A stretch of DNA of 41,076 nt from Candidatus Bathyarchaeum sp. (GCA_026014495.1 JAOZIF010000192.1:1-41076), one strand, 5' to 3'; shown: positions 27,028-37,084, counted from the first letter of the stretch. Notes: a model not told the origin generated them from the letters alone. Numbers and translations: made by a program.

Positions 27028-27825
27028 ATGGACTGTTGGAGACTGCTAAAACTCGAAACCGCAGACGCGTACACAAACATGGCAGTCGACGAAGCAATAT
27101 TGACTGCAAGAATCGAGAACAAAGTCCCCGACACCCTCAGGTTTTACCAGTGGAAGCCCTCAGCAGTTTCGATAGGACGCTTCCAGACCCTAACCGACCA
27201 AATCCATGTTGACGCATGCAAAAAACTTGGCGTAGACGTTGTAAGAAGAATAAGCGGCGGAGGAGCAGTATACCACGACCAAGACGGAGAAGTCACCTAC
27301 AGCATAGTGGCCAAACTAAGCGACCTAGGCTGCAAAGATCTAGACATGCTCAGTGTATACCCAAAAATATGCAACGGACTAAACGAAGCAATAAAAATCC
27401 TTGGAACAAAAGCCGAATACCGTCCCCCAGACCCAAAACGGTGCCCCAACCTAGCAATAAGCGGAAAAAAAATTTCAGGAAACGCCCAAACATCCAAAAA
27501 AGGCGTGCTACTCCAGCATGGAACCTTTATGATGGACATAGACCACACAAAAATGTTCAGTTTACTTAGGGTACCTTGGGCAAAAACATTAGACGACATT
27601 CTTGCAGTCTCAAAAAGAAAGCTAACCTCTGCACGACAAGAACTTGGCTCAAACTTTAGCACACAAGATGCATACCACGCATTAATTGAAGGATTCAAGA
27701 TCGCCCTAAACATCCAGCTTGTGGAATCTACGCTCACAGAATATGAACAAAAACTCTCCAAAAAATTGAGAAAAGAAAGGTTTGTGACCGAGGACTGGAA
27801 CATCCTCGGTAAAACATCTGTCTAG
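27028..27825 (+). CDS. lplA: Lipoate/octanoate-protein ligase, catalytic (LplA N-terminal) domain only
   Basis: NMAVDEAIL, TLRFYQW, VRRISGGGAVYHD, KKISGNAQ, LQHGT. 265 aa, lacking the C-terminal accessory domain. Confidence 0.9.
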   Translation: MDCWRLLKLETADAYTNMAVDEAILTARIENKVPDTLRFYQWKPSAVSIGRFQTLTDQIHVDACKKLGVDVVRRISGGGAVYHDQDGEVTYSIVAKLSDLGCKDLDMLSVYPKICNGLNEAIKILGTKAEYRPPDPKRCPNLAISGKKISGNAQTSKKGVLLQHGTFMMDIDHTKMFSLLRVPWAKTLDDILAVSKRKLTSARQELGSNFSTQDAYHALIEGFKIALNIQLVESTLTEYEQKLSKKLRKERFVTEDWNILGKTSV

Positions 27826-27834
27826 ATGCGATTT

Positions 27835-29895
27835 CTACAATAATGCATACAACACTATTGTTGGAGCAAATACTGAAGCTACCAAAGACATCACAGTTAT
27901 CAGCGTATTCAGTGAAGGTCCTGCCGTGTCCTTGAATGGGTCACCAACAGTGTCGCCTACAACAGTAGCTTTGTGCGTATCTGAACCTTTACCGCCAAGC
28001 GCTCCAGCCTCAACATATTTCTTAGCATTGTCCCACAGTCCACCAGCATTAGACATCAACAAAGCAAATATCAGTCCCGAAAAGATACTGCCTGCCAGAT
28101 AACCGCCAAGCGCTTGTATTCCACCAATGAACCCTACCGCTAACGTGATGCTGATAGAAAGAACACTTGGAAGAATCAACTCTTTTAGTGCACCTTTTGT
28201 GGCTATGTCAACACAAGACGCGTAATCTGCTTTCACTCCTTCTTTGCCCTCTTTTAGACCCGGAATCTCTCTGAACTGTCGCCTGATTTCTTCAATCATA
28301 ACAAATGCATTTTTGCCTACACTGAGCATTACCAACGCTGAAAACACTGCTGGTATAGCAATACCAATAAGTGCTCCAGTTAACACCAGCGGGTCCATCA
28401 AATCAAAGTTGATTGTTACTCCTGTTTCGGCTTGAACTATTGCTTGGAACGCTGCAAGCAACGCAATTACTGTTAATCCTGCTGCTCCAATAGCAAATCC
28501 TTTTGTTATAGCTTTGGAAGTGTTGCCCGCTGCATCAAGCTTAGCCGTAATATCTAGAACTTCCTCGTCTAATCCTGCTTGCTCTGCAATTCCGCCCGCG
28601 TTGTCTGAGATTGGTCCGAAAGCGTCACCCGCTACAATCATTCCAACAATAGATAACATTCCAACTGCTGCCATGCCAATGCCGTAAACACCAGCTCCTT
28701 CAGCTTCAATAAAGTATTCAGCGACTGTGTATGCTCCTATGGATGCAAATGCAATTCCTAGAAGTGCTGGGAACATGCTAAGTAATCCGTAAGAAAAGCC
28801 TGTGATTATGTTAACCGCCGTACCCGTCTGTGATGCTTCTGCTGTTTTTATTACTGGACTTTTGTCTATTGAGGTAAAGTAGTCTGTTGTGATTCCTATG
28901 ATAACACCGCCAACTAATCCAATGACCGCTGATGCCCAAACACCAATATTGATGTCCAAGTAGCATGTTGCTCCAAGAGTTATCAACGCAAACATTATGC
29001 ATGTTAGATATGTTCCGATGTTGAGTGCTGTTCCAGGGTTTCCGTTTTTGCCAACTCGAACTATTGCAACTCCCAAGATTGAAGCTACAATTCCTAGTCC
29101 CGCAAACACCAGTGGCACGTCGACAAATGAGATTGATGCATATGACGCCAAATTGGATAGTGCTACACCAAGTATCATAACTGCAACAATGCTTGCTACG
29201 TATGAATCAAAAAGGTCTGCTCCCATGCCTGCGACGTCACCAACGTTATCGCCAACATTGTCCGCGATTACTCCAGGGTTTCTAGGGTCATCTTCGGGTA
29301 TGTCCATTTCCACTTTGCCTACAAGGTCTGCGCCAACGTCAGCAGTTTTTGTGTAGATGCCGCCTCCAATCTTTGCGAACAATGCCATTGCGCTTGCTCC
29401 AAAGCTGAAGCCCAGAACTATTTCTGGGTCACCAGTTAACGCATAAACAACACTTAAGCCAAGTAGGGCTAATCCAACTACTGCTAACCCCATAACTGCT
29501 CCTCCACGGAACGCTATTGGGAATGCTTTGTTTAGTCCCTGTTTTGCGGCGTTTGCTGATCTGACGTTTGCTTTTAGTGCAACTGTCATTCCCAAGACGC
29601 CTGCAACTGCAGAACATATTGAACCAAAAACGAATGCTATTCCCATAAGGGAGCTAAGCCCAATATCTGCAACCATAGGTACAAACGTTAAGATAACCGC
29701 TATGACCGCAACGAACACTGCTAGATATTTGAATTCCACTTTCAGAAATGCTCTGGCGCCTTCTTGTATGGCGTCAGCAATTTCCTGCATTTTTTCTGTT
29801 CCGCTACTTTGTTTGCTTATGTAGAAATAAAGGTAAACTGCAACTAGAATCGATATTGATGCCGTAATCGGCGCGATTGTCCAATCAATTATCAT
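27835..29895 (-). CDS. hppA: Membrane-integral pyrophosphatase, K+-independent H+-translocating type
   Basis: DVGADLVGKVE, EDDPRNPGVIADNVGDNVGD, GDTVGDPFKD. GNTSKA has Lys at the K+-dependence determinant. Confidence 0.93.
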   Translation of the reverse strand: MIIDWTIAPITASISILVAVYLYFYISKQSSGTEKMQEIADAIQEGARAFLKVEFKYLAVFVAVIAVILTFVPMVADIGLSSLMGIAFVFGSICSAVAGVLGMTVALKANVRSANAAKQGLNKAFPIAFRGGAVMGLAVVGLALLGLSVVYALTGDPEIVLGFSFGASAMALFAKIGGGIYTKTADVGADLVGKVEMDIPEDDPRNPGVIADNVGDNVGDVAGMGADLFDSYVASIVAVMILGVALSNLASYASISFVDVPLVFAGLGIVASILGVAIVRVGKNGNPGTALNIGTYLTCIMFALITLGATCYLDINIGVWASAVIGLVGGVIIGITTDYFTSIDKSPVIKTAEASQTGTAVNIITGFSYGLLSMFPALLGIAFASIGAYTVAEYFIEAEGAGVYGIGMAAVGMLSIVGMIVAGDAFGPISDNAGGIAEQAGLDEEVLDITAKLDAAGNTSKAITKGFAIGAAGLTVIALLAAFQAIVQAETGVTINFDLMDPLVLTGALIGIAIPAVFSALVMLSVGKNAFVMIEEIRRQFREIPGLKEGKEGVKADYASCVDIATKGALKELILPSVLSISITLAVGFIGGIQALGGYLAGSIFSGLIFALLMSNAGGLWDNAKKYVEAGALGGKGSDTHKATVVGDTVGDPFKDTAGPSLNTLITVMSLVASVFAPTIVLYALL

Positions 29896-30135
29896 CGTAA
29901 TTTTTCCATCCTTAGTTTAGAAGTATTACGGTCTTTGTTAGAGTGCTTTAAGTTTTTCGTAGAAGTGTCAAACAACATTGATTCAAACCCCACTTTTTGT
30001 TATTATACACTAAAGTTCTAACCCCCAATTGGGTATACCCTAGAATTTTTGTTCAAGAACTGCTAAGAAACGCTTTTTAATGAATATCACATCCTTACAC
30101 TTCTAACTTCCACGTCAGTAATACAGGCGGTTGAA

Positions 30136-32838
30136 ATGAGCTCTGAATCATACACGATGGAAAAAAAGCAACTTCTAGACTCCCTAAACGCCACCGAAAA
30201 AGGGTTAACAACTGAAGAAGCTGAACGCCGACTCGCCGAGTACGGCCCAAACGAGTTAACGGCAAAGAAAGGCGTAACTCCTCTGCAGATATTCCTTGGA
30301 CAATTCAAAGATATTTTCGTAATTATGCTCCTAATAGCAATATGCATCTCAGTTGCAATAAACGAGTTCGTAGACGCTGCAACCATAGGCACAATCGTAT
30401 TCCTTAATGCCATAGTCGGTTTTATTCAAGAATATCGCTCAGAAAAAGCAATGGAAGCCATGAAACAACTCACGGCTCCCAAAGCCCGCGTTCTAAGAGA
30501 TGGAAAAGAACAATTCATTGCGTCACGGGAAGTTGTACCTGGAGACATCGTTCTCTTGGAAGCAGGAGACCGAATCCCAGCTGACGCACGACTCCTCGAA
30601 GTTGTGGACCTAAAAACCGACGAAGCACTCTTAACCGGAGAATCCACAGCAGTAGCCAAAAAAGATGTTGTTCTTACCGGAAAAACTCCTGTAGCTGACC
30701 AGAAAAACTCAGTTTTTATGGCAACCCACGTAACTTATGGTCGAGGAAAAGCAGTAATTGCTTCCACGGGAATGCAAACCCAATTCGGAAAAGTCGCTGA
30801 GATGGTTCAATCCGTGGAAACGGTGGACACGCCTCTCAAACAAAAACTCACCAAGTTCGCCAAAAAACTCGGACTAATAATCGTGGCTGTTTGTACAATC
30901 ATCTTCGCGCTTGAGTTGTATGACATCTTTGTTCTCGGAACAGGTGGATTAGACCAGATAATAATCGCTTTTGAGACTGCGATTGCTCTTGCTGTCTCAG
31001 CAGTTCCAGAGGGTCTGCCTGCAGTAGTAACCGTATCACTTGCCTTAGGTGCCAGAGAACTAGCAAAACGTAACGCTCTAATCAGGAAACTCTCTTCAGC
31101 AGAGACACTAGGCGCTACAGATATCATCTGTTCCGACAAAACTGGCACTCTGACAAAGGGCGAAATGACAGTGCGAAAAATCTACGTCGACAACAAAATG
31201 GTTGACGTAACTGGAGCTGGATACGAGCCCACAGGAGAATTCCTGATAAACGAAGCTCCAATTGACCCAAAGGCAGATGCTGATCTAGATTTACTGTTGA
31301 AAGCAAGTACTTTGTGTTCTAACATCAGTTATGATGGGAAAAAAATACTTGGTGACACAACTGAGGGCGCTTTAGTTGTTGCAGCTGTTAAAGCAGGAAT
31401 AAATAAAGAAAATTTGGAAATCGATTATCCGCGTCTGCAGGAAGTTCCCTTTACTTCTGAAAGAAAACGCATGACTACAGTTCACAAATCTCCTGAAGGA
31501 AAAGTTTTCGTCTACGTTAAAGGTGCCGTAGAGTCCATCTTAGAGCGCTCCAAATCCGTCTTAAAGGATGGCAAAATTGAATCTCTCACAAAAAACCGAA
31601 AAGAAAAAATCCTAAAAACAAACGAAGAATTGGCGAGTCAAGCTCTTCGTGTTCTTGCAGTAGCCTACAAAGAATTACCAAAAGCTGAAAACAAAAAATA
31701 TGATGATGACGAACTGGAAAACGAACTAGTTTTCATCGGTTTGGCAGGAATGATTGACCCGCCCCGAGTTGAAGCCAAGGGCGCAAATGAACTGTGCAGA
31801 AAGGCAGGCATAAAGACCGTTATGATTACTGGAGACCACAAACTTACAGCGGTTGCCATAGCTAAAGAATTAACCATAATGAACGAAGGTGACTTAGCTT
31901 TTACAGGCGCCGAACTTGACAAAATGAGTGACGCTGAATTTGAGAAAATTGTTGAGAAAGCAGTTGTATATGCTCGTGTTTCTCCTGAACACAAGCTTCG
32001 AATCGTAAAAGCCCTCAAGGACAAAGGTCACATTGTCGCCATGACTGGAGACGGAGTTAACGACGCACCCGCCCTTAAACAAGCAGACATCGGAATAGCA
32101 ATGGGAATCACCGGAACCGACGTAACCCGAGAAGCCGCAGACATGGTCCTAGCAGATGACAACTTCGCTACAATCGTTACTGCTGTTGAAGGTGGACGAG
32201 CAATATATGACAACATACGCAAATTCTCATTCTTCTTATTGCGTTCCAACTTTGACGAACTGCTTGTTATCGGGCTCTTCGCCTTATTGGGACTCGAATT
32301 GCCCTTAGCGGCTGGAATGATTCTGTGGATAAATCTGATAACAGATGGAGGTCCTGCCCTAGCTTTGAGCTTGGATCCCCCACAGAAAGACTTGATGGAA
32401 AGACCTCCACGTGATCCAAAAGAAGGTATACTTCATGGGCGCTTCGCTTCGATATTAATGAGTTTCATAACACAGTTCCTTGGAACCGGAGTAGTGTTCT
32501 TTATTGTCTTCTATGTATGGGGAGGCGGTGCACCTGAAGCACTTCCACGTGCCAGAACAATGGCTTTCATGCAGGCTACCCTTCGTGAATTGATGGTTGT
32601 TTGGAACTGCCGATCAGAAAGAAAGAACGCCTTCAGGGTCGGGTTTACCTCTAACAAATGGCTGCTCTTTGCTGTAGTTGCTTCGGCAATTGTGACAATG
32701 ATTGTGCCCTTCACAGGCTTGTTCGGAACAACCCCATTAAGCCTCGAGGACTGGGCCATAGTTATACCCTTGTCGTTCTCAGGATTGCTGATATTGCCCG
32801 AAATCTTCTATGATAGAAAGATTTGGCGCTGGAGATAA
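30136..32838 (+). CDS. P2A-type (SERCA-like) cation-transporting ATPase
   Basis: TGES, PEGL, DKTGT phosphorylation site, KGA, DPPR, TGDGVND, and WINLITDG in M6. Confidence 0.93.
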   Translation: MSSESYTMEKKQLLDSLNATEKGLTTEEAERRLAEYGPNELTAKKGVTPLQIFLGQFKDIFVIMLLIAICISVAINEFVDAATIGTIVFLNAIVGFIQEYRSEKAMEAMKQLTAPKARVLRDGKEQFIASREVVPGDIVLLEAGDRIPADARLLEVVDLKTDEALLTGESTAVAKKDVVLTGKTPVADQKNSVFMATHVTYGRGKAVIASTGMQTQFGKVAEMVQSVETVDTPLKQKLTKFAKKLGLIIVAVCTIIFALELYDIFVLGTGGLDQIIIAFETAIALAVSAVPEGLPAVVTVSLALGARELAKRNALIRKLSSAETLGATDIICSDKTGTLTKGEMTVRKIYVDNKMVDVTGAGYEPTGEFLINEAPIDPKADADLDLLLKASTLCSNISYDGKKILGDTTEGALVVAAVKAGINKENLEIDYPRLQEVPFTSERKRMTTVHKSPEGKVFVYVKGAVESILERSKSVLKDGKIESLTKNRKEKILKTNEELASQALRVLAVAYKELPKAENKKYDDDELENELVFIGLAGMIDPPRVEAKGANELCRKAGIKTVMITGDHKLTAVAIAKELTIMNEGDLAFTGAELDKMSDAEFEKIVEKAVVYARVSPEHKLRIVKALKDKGHIVAMTGDGVNDAPALKQADIGIAMGITGTDVTREAADMVLADDNFATIVTAVEGGRAIYDNIRKFSFFLLRSNFDELLVIGLFALLGLELPLAAGMILWINLITDGGPALALSLDPPQKDLMERPPRDPKEGILHGRFASILMSFITQFLGTGVVFFIVFYVWGGGAPEALPRARTMAFMQATLRELMVVWNCRSERKNAFRVGFTSNKWLLFAVVASAIVTMIVPFTGLFGTTPLSLEDWAIVIPLSFSGLLILPEIFYDRKIWRWR

Positions 32839-32852
32839 ACTGTAGAGCCATC

Positions 32853-32894
32853 GGATTAGCTGCCTAGAAATAGGTAGTTCAAATCCTTTTTTTT
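32853..32894 (+). terminator. Hairpin plus oligo-T terminator-like element after the P-type ATPase
   Basis: GGATT-AGCTGCCTA-GAAA-TAGGTAGTT-CA-AATCC followed directly by eight Ts. Confidence 0.65.
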
Positions 32895-32956
32895 ACTCTT
32901 TATTTTCTTTTCATAAGTAAGAATAAGGTCATAGCGTAAGCATTTTTCGAAGAACA

Positions 32957-33187
32957 ATGTTTAAACCGCCACTACGTTTACAGTTCCTGTTCCACAGTTT
33001 TGGTCTAGGTTGCGTAAGCAGCGCTATCTTTTTGCAGGCACTGGTCTTCTGGGACATATCGCAAACTGGATTCTTTAGAGCAACTGAGCAAAACCAAATG
33101 ATATTGTCGTTTGAAATTTTTCTGACAATTTTTGCTTTGGTCTATTTTGGTTATGTGTACCAACGTTTAATTCGTTCAATACAATAA
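32957..33187 (+). CDS. Small hypothetical membrane protein (2 TM)
   Basis: Two hydrophobic segments, ATG start, fills an intergenic gap. Confidence 0.5.
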   Translation: MFKPPLRLQFLFHSFGLGCVSSAIFLQALVFWDISQTGFFRATEQNQMILSFEIFLTIFALVYFGYVYQRLIRSIQ

Positions 33188-33319
33188 ATTATGCCTAAAC
33201 AATATTTCCTATTTGGTGGCTTTTCAAAATCAACCTTGCCGCATTTTCGGGGCAAATGGTAACTGTTAAATATTTCTCTACAAGAAAATGAGACAAGTGG
33301 GTTTTGAGAGGTAAAAACA

Positions 33320-33985
33320 TTGAAGCTCAAAAAATTGTATGTGACTGTTTTGTGTGCTCTTCTTGTGGCGTTAGCTTTTTTTGGGGTAGCCCAGTGTGCT
33401 CCTGAAGACGTAACAAGTGTTTATGACCTAGAGTATGGTGGCCTCAAAATAGACATTAGTGCTCCTACTCAATCTTATCCCGGAGAAAACATAACAGTTA
33501 CAGTTAAAGCAGAAGCCATAACCGAACTTTACGTCAAATATATCCAAGTGACAATTTATGGCGCCCTAAATGCTACCGAAAAAGTTACCTTACGCGAAAT
33601 TACACACCTAGAAAACTCTTCTTTCTCTTCTTCATATGTGGTCCAATACAATATATCAATCCCAAGTAACATGTCCCCTGGGTTAACCTATGGTATAGTA
33701 AGCTGTGAATGGGAACTGATGGGTTCCCCCCAAAAGATTCCCTCATCTGGATTTGCTTTAACTTACATCAGAAATGTGGACTTGGAACAGCTTCAAGAAG
33801 ACTATGAAGAACTTAGTGTCACACACCAATTGGTTCTGCAAAACTACACCGAACTGGAATCGGGCTTAAGTGAAGAATTGGATTCTACCAGAAATCTGAT
33901 GTACATCTTTGTTGCAACAACTGTTGTAGCCAGTATCACAGTTATTGTTTTGTTAATGAGGAAACCCAAAAAAGTGTGGATTTAA
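33320..33985 (+). CDS. Hypothetical secreted, C-terminally anchored protein
   Basis: Signal peptide, beta-rich domain, short coiled coil, C-terminal TM plus RKPKK. GAGGT RBS, TTG start. Confidence 0.75.
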   Translation: MKLKKLYVTVLCALLVALAFFGVAQCAPEDVTSVYDLEYGGLKIDISAPTQSYPGENITVTVKAEAITELYVKYIQVTIYGALNATEKVTLREITHLENSSFSSSYVVQYNISIPSNMSPGLTYGIVSCEWELMGSPQKIPSSGFALTYIRNVDLEQLQEDYEELSVTHQLVLQNYTELESGLSEELDSTRNLMYIFVATTVVASITVIVLLMRKPKKVWI

Positions 33986-34983
33986 AAGCCCAACACTTTT
34001 TTTGTTTCTTCGATTTCTTTTTGCCTCATTTGCCGTGGATAGTTGTAGATTGGTCCACTTGGTCTTTCATTGTAGTATGGTCGATTGCATCCTGGGCATC
34101 CAGAAGTGAGAAATGGCTTGCCCGATTCTATTGCTTCTAGCACCTTTTCTTTAGAGACTCCAAACTCTATGATGTGCCCCTCATCATTGAATCCCATATT
34201 TTCAAGGCGCGTTTTTCTTTGAGTTAACAGGTAATGGGCAAGTTGAACCCTGCGGTAACTGCTTAGATTTGGAGATGATTTGCTTTCAAGAGCCGTTCCA
34301 GAAATTGGCGTAAATGCAAATAATCCCGGATATACCCCTGAATCAATACACCATTGAATACTTTGACAAAGCTCTTGTTCTGTTTCTCCAAGACCTACAA
34401 TAAGATGTGTGCTCACAGAGCCTTTTCCGAAGACATCTGTTGCCTCCTTTAGTGCTTCATGTTGTTTTTCCCATTGGTAAGGTCCACCGATGTTCCTCCC
34501 TTTAACATCATTAAATACATCCTCTGTAGCGGCATCCAATGCGATACTCACTCGGTTAACGCCTGCTTCTGCCCATTTTTCCATTTTTTGTTTGTTTAGT
34601 GGCTTGCATGAAACGGAAATTGAAACCGCTATTCTAGACTTGATTTGTGTAACAAGAAACAAAACGTCGTCAAAAGCCTCTGGATAATTTAATGACTGTA
34701 TACAAACCCGCTTTATTGTCCCCGTTTTTGAGGCACTTTGTATCCCCGTAACTACCTTTTCTGTCGAGAAAGTAGGCCAAGTGACTCTAGACAGCCTGTC
34801 TGCTCTACCTTTACTGTCTTTGGCTTGAGGGCAAAATCCGCAGTTGGCAGAACACTTTTCGTTTCGACACATGAGCAAATATGCAGTTGTGGGTTTGGCG
34901 TCTAGTCTGCCTTTTAGTAGCCCTAACACGATTGCTGAGCCTGTAGAAACACGTAATCTTTCGGGGAAGCATGTCTCACTCAT
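33982..34983 (-). CDS. lipS2: Radical SAM lipoyl synthase subunit, LipS2 type
   Basis: CSANCGFC (Cx3Cx2C) plus C-terminal TSGCPGCNRP, matching the LipS2 TxGCPxC(N/D)RP motif. Confidence 0.85.
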   Translation of the reverse strand: MSETCFPERLRVSTGSAIVLGLLKGRLDAKPTTAYLLMCRNEKCSANCGFCPQAKDSKGRADRLSRVTWPTFSTEKVVTGIQSASKTGTIKRVCIQSLNYPEAFDDVLFLVTQIKSRIAVSISVSCKPLNKQKMEKWAEAGVNRVSIALDAATEDVFNDVKGRNIGGPYQWEKQHEALKEATDVFGKGSVSTHLIVGLGETEQELCQSIQWCIDSGVYPGLFAFTPISGTALESKSSPNLSSYRRVQLAHYLLTQRKTRLENMGFNDEGHIIEFGVSKEKVLEAIESGKPFLTSGCPGCNRPYYNERPSGPIYNYPRQMRQKEIEETKKVLGF

Positions 34984-35122
34984 CTGTTAGCACCAAATTT
35001 TTGATTCCGTAGTTTAGTAATTTGGCGCCTATATTTATCTCTACCAAAAACCATACTCTGAAAACAGAACCTTATTATGGGTTTGGTCTTCTCTTTTGTT
35101 TGATTGTTTTTGGGGAATTAAA

Positions 35123-35455
35123 ATGGCTGATGGTCCTCGCATAAAACGAGAGAAAAAAACTGTTGACGCCATGATACGTCATTATTGCCATAAACATCAT
35201 GCAACTGGTGATGCGCTCTGTCCAGAATGCTCTGAGCTTCATGATTATGCGATGCTGCGACTGTCAAAGTGTCCTTTCCAAGAAGACAAGCCAACTTGTG
35301 GCAAATGTTTAGTTCATTGCTACAAACCAGACATGAAAAAGAAGATAACAGCGGTTATGCGCTATTCTGGACCCCGAATGCTGCTTCATCATCCAATTCT
35401 TGCGTTGCATCATGTCTTTGATGGAAGAAAAAAGCCTGAACCACTAAAGAAATAG
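35123..35455 (+). CDS. ygbA: YgbA-family (nitrous oxide-stimulated promoter family) Cys-rich protein
   Basis: RIKREKKTV..MIRHYC...CPEC...CPFQEDKPTCGKCLVHCYKP...VMRYSGPRM. Start at ATG 35123. Confidence 0.85.
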   Translation: MADGPRIKREKKTVDAMIRHYCHKHHATGDALCPECSELHDYAMLRLSKCPFQEDKPTCGKCLVHCYKPDMKKKITAVMRYSGPRMLLHHPILALHHVFDGRKKPEPLKK

Positions 35456-35509
35456 CCTGTCTTTGTGTGTCAAAAGGTTTTTAGAAACCCAAGCTGATTG
35501 TAGGCAAGT

Positions 35510-36499
35510 ATGACGAGCCTAGACGCTGAAACAGTATGGTATCTGCCAAAAAAAGAGCTAGTTAATCTAATTGAGAGTGGAACTTTTTCTAACAAGGCAA
35601 AACAGATTCAGTTCTATGCTCCAAGTTTTGTACACTACAAAAACAAGTATTTTCGTTCAAGTCACAATTCTTTTCCATCTATATCAATCACTGGCTCTTC
35701 TTGTGCACTCAAATGCAAGCACTGCAACGGAAAAGTGCTAGACACAATGGTTTCTGCCTCGACTTCAGCAGCACTCTTTGGTTTATGTGAAAAACTGAAG
35801 AGCGATGGGGCTGTTGGTTGCCTAATAAGTGGAGGGTGTCTTCCAGACGGTTCTGTTCCCCTTGATATTTTTATAGATGCTATCGCCAAGGTAAAACGTG
35901 AACTTGGTCTAACTGTTATTGTTCACACAGGAGTAATCGACGTTTCTTCCGCAAAACAGTTGAAGGCTGCTGGTGTTGATGCGGCGTTAATTGATATAAT
36001 AGGCTCAAACGAAACAATCCGTGAAGTATACAACCTTGATGTCAGTGTCGCAGATTATGAACAGTCACTAAAGGCTTTTCATGAAACAAAAATCCCGTTT
36101 GTTCCACATGTGCTTGCGGGACTACATTATGGCGAACTGAAAGGAGAACTTGAGGCACTAAAAATGATGGCAAAATATTCTCCTTCTGCAGTCATAACTA
36201 TAGCCTTCATGCCTATCCGTGGAACCCCAATGGAAAAAGTGACCCCGCCCGAACCTGAAGACATTGCTAGAGTTCTGGTTGCTGCTAAACTGTTGATGCC
36301 CAAAACTCCAATTGTTTTGGGATGCATGAGACCCAAAGGTGAACACAGAAAAAAAACTGACATGCTCGCTGTGAAAGCTGGCGTAGACGCTATTGCCTTT
36401 CCCGTCGAAGACGCCATACAGCTTGCAGAGTCTCTGAACCTTGAGATTTATTTTTCGCCTCTTTGCTGTTCACAGATTTTTGAAACAATAAACCTTTGA
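35510..36499 (+). CDS. lipS1: Radical SAM lipoyl synthase subunit, LipS1 type
   Basis: SITGSSCALKCKHC (Cx3Cx2C), LGCMRP (GC(M/A)R) and C-terminal LCCS (CC motif). Confidence 0.85.
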   Translation: MTSLDAETVWYLPKKELVNLIESGTFSNKAKQIQFYAPSFVHYKNKYFRSSHNSFPSISITGSSCALKCKHCNGKVLDTMVSASTSAALFGLCEKLKSDGAVGCLISGGCLPDGSVPLDIFIDAIAKVKRELGLTVIVHTGVIDVSSAKQLKAAGVDAALIDIIGSNETIREVYNLDVSVADYEQSLKAFHETKIPFVPHVLAGLHYGELKGELEALKMMAKYSPSAVITIAFMPIRGTPMEKVTPPEPEDIARVLVAAKLLMPKTPIVLGCMRPKGEHRKKTDMLAVKAGVDAIAFPVEDAIQLAESLNLEIYFSPLCCSQIFETINL

Positions 36500-36529
36500 C
36501 TTAGCCACACATTTTCTATTTTGGACTGT

Positions 36530-36922
36530 TTAGCTGATGTAAGATAACTTTAGGGGCGTACTCTTTTTGCTACAATCTTTGTGTTTCAAGATTGTGAACT
36601 CTATTGCCTGTGCCAAGTCTTCTTTTGGAAGCGCTCCCACAACACCGTTAACTGGTCGCCCTCCACAGAAAAACATGAATGTTGGAGTTCCCATAACACC
36701 ATATTTTACCGCAAGATGTTCGTTTTCGATGCTATCTACAACATTGAGTTTAGTGAACTTTAGCTTGCCTTTGTATTCTCCTGCAAGTTCATCGTAAACT
36801 GGTTTAATTGCCTGACAATGGGAACAGAACGGATGCCAGAACTGCACCACAACCAACTTTTTTGCTTCTAAAACCTGTTCTTTCCAGTTTGACGAATTTG
36901 TCTCCTTTATCTCCCCAAACAC
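36530..36922 (-). CDS. Thioredoxin-family protein
   Basis: VVVQFWHPFCSHC active site and VMGTPTFMFF cis-Pro motif. Confidence 0.9.
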   Translation of the reverse strand: MFGEIKETNSSNWKEQVLEAKKLVVVQFWHPFCSHCQAIKPVYDELAGEYKGKLKFTKLNVVDSIENEHLAVKYGVMGTPTFMFFCGGRPVNGVVGALPKEDLAQAIEFTILKHKDCSKKSTPLKLSYIS

Positions 36923-37084
36923 TAGCTGTCACCTAATTTCCTGTTTTACTTCTGAAAATAAGTCCTTTTTGCTTAAATGCTGCTTCTTAGATGTTTTACC
37001 CGATGGTTTTTCCTTTATTTCAATCGTTATCTTTTTAAGATAAACAGCTATCACAATACGGTAACTGAAAGAAGGTGGAAAATA

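Noticed and set aside
30060-30135. Metal-sensing riboswitch ahead of the P-type ATPase
   Set aside because: The TATA-like element at about 30073-30081 leaves only about 30 nt of leader, with no recognisable aptamer.
32853-32886. Possible archaeal SECIS element
   Set aside because: GAAA is a terminal loop rather than the internal GAA/A motif, and no neighbouring gene has an in-frame UGA.
32870-32890. GTTCAAATCC resembling a tRNA T-loop (possible tRNA remnant or att site)
   Set aside because: No 5-bp T-stem or cloverleaf can be formed; the sequence is explained by the terminator hairpin.
33982-36499. Biotin synthase annotation for the two radical SAM proteins
   Set aside because: LipS1/LipS2-specific Cys motifs and nearby lplA/gcvH favour lipoyl synthesis.
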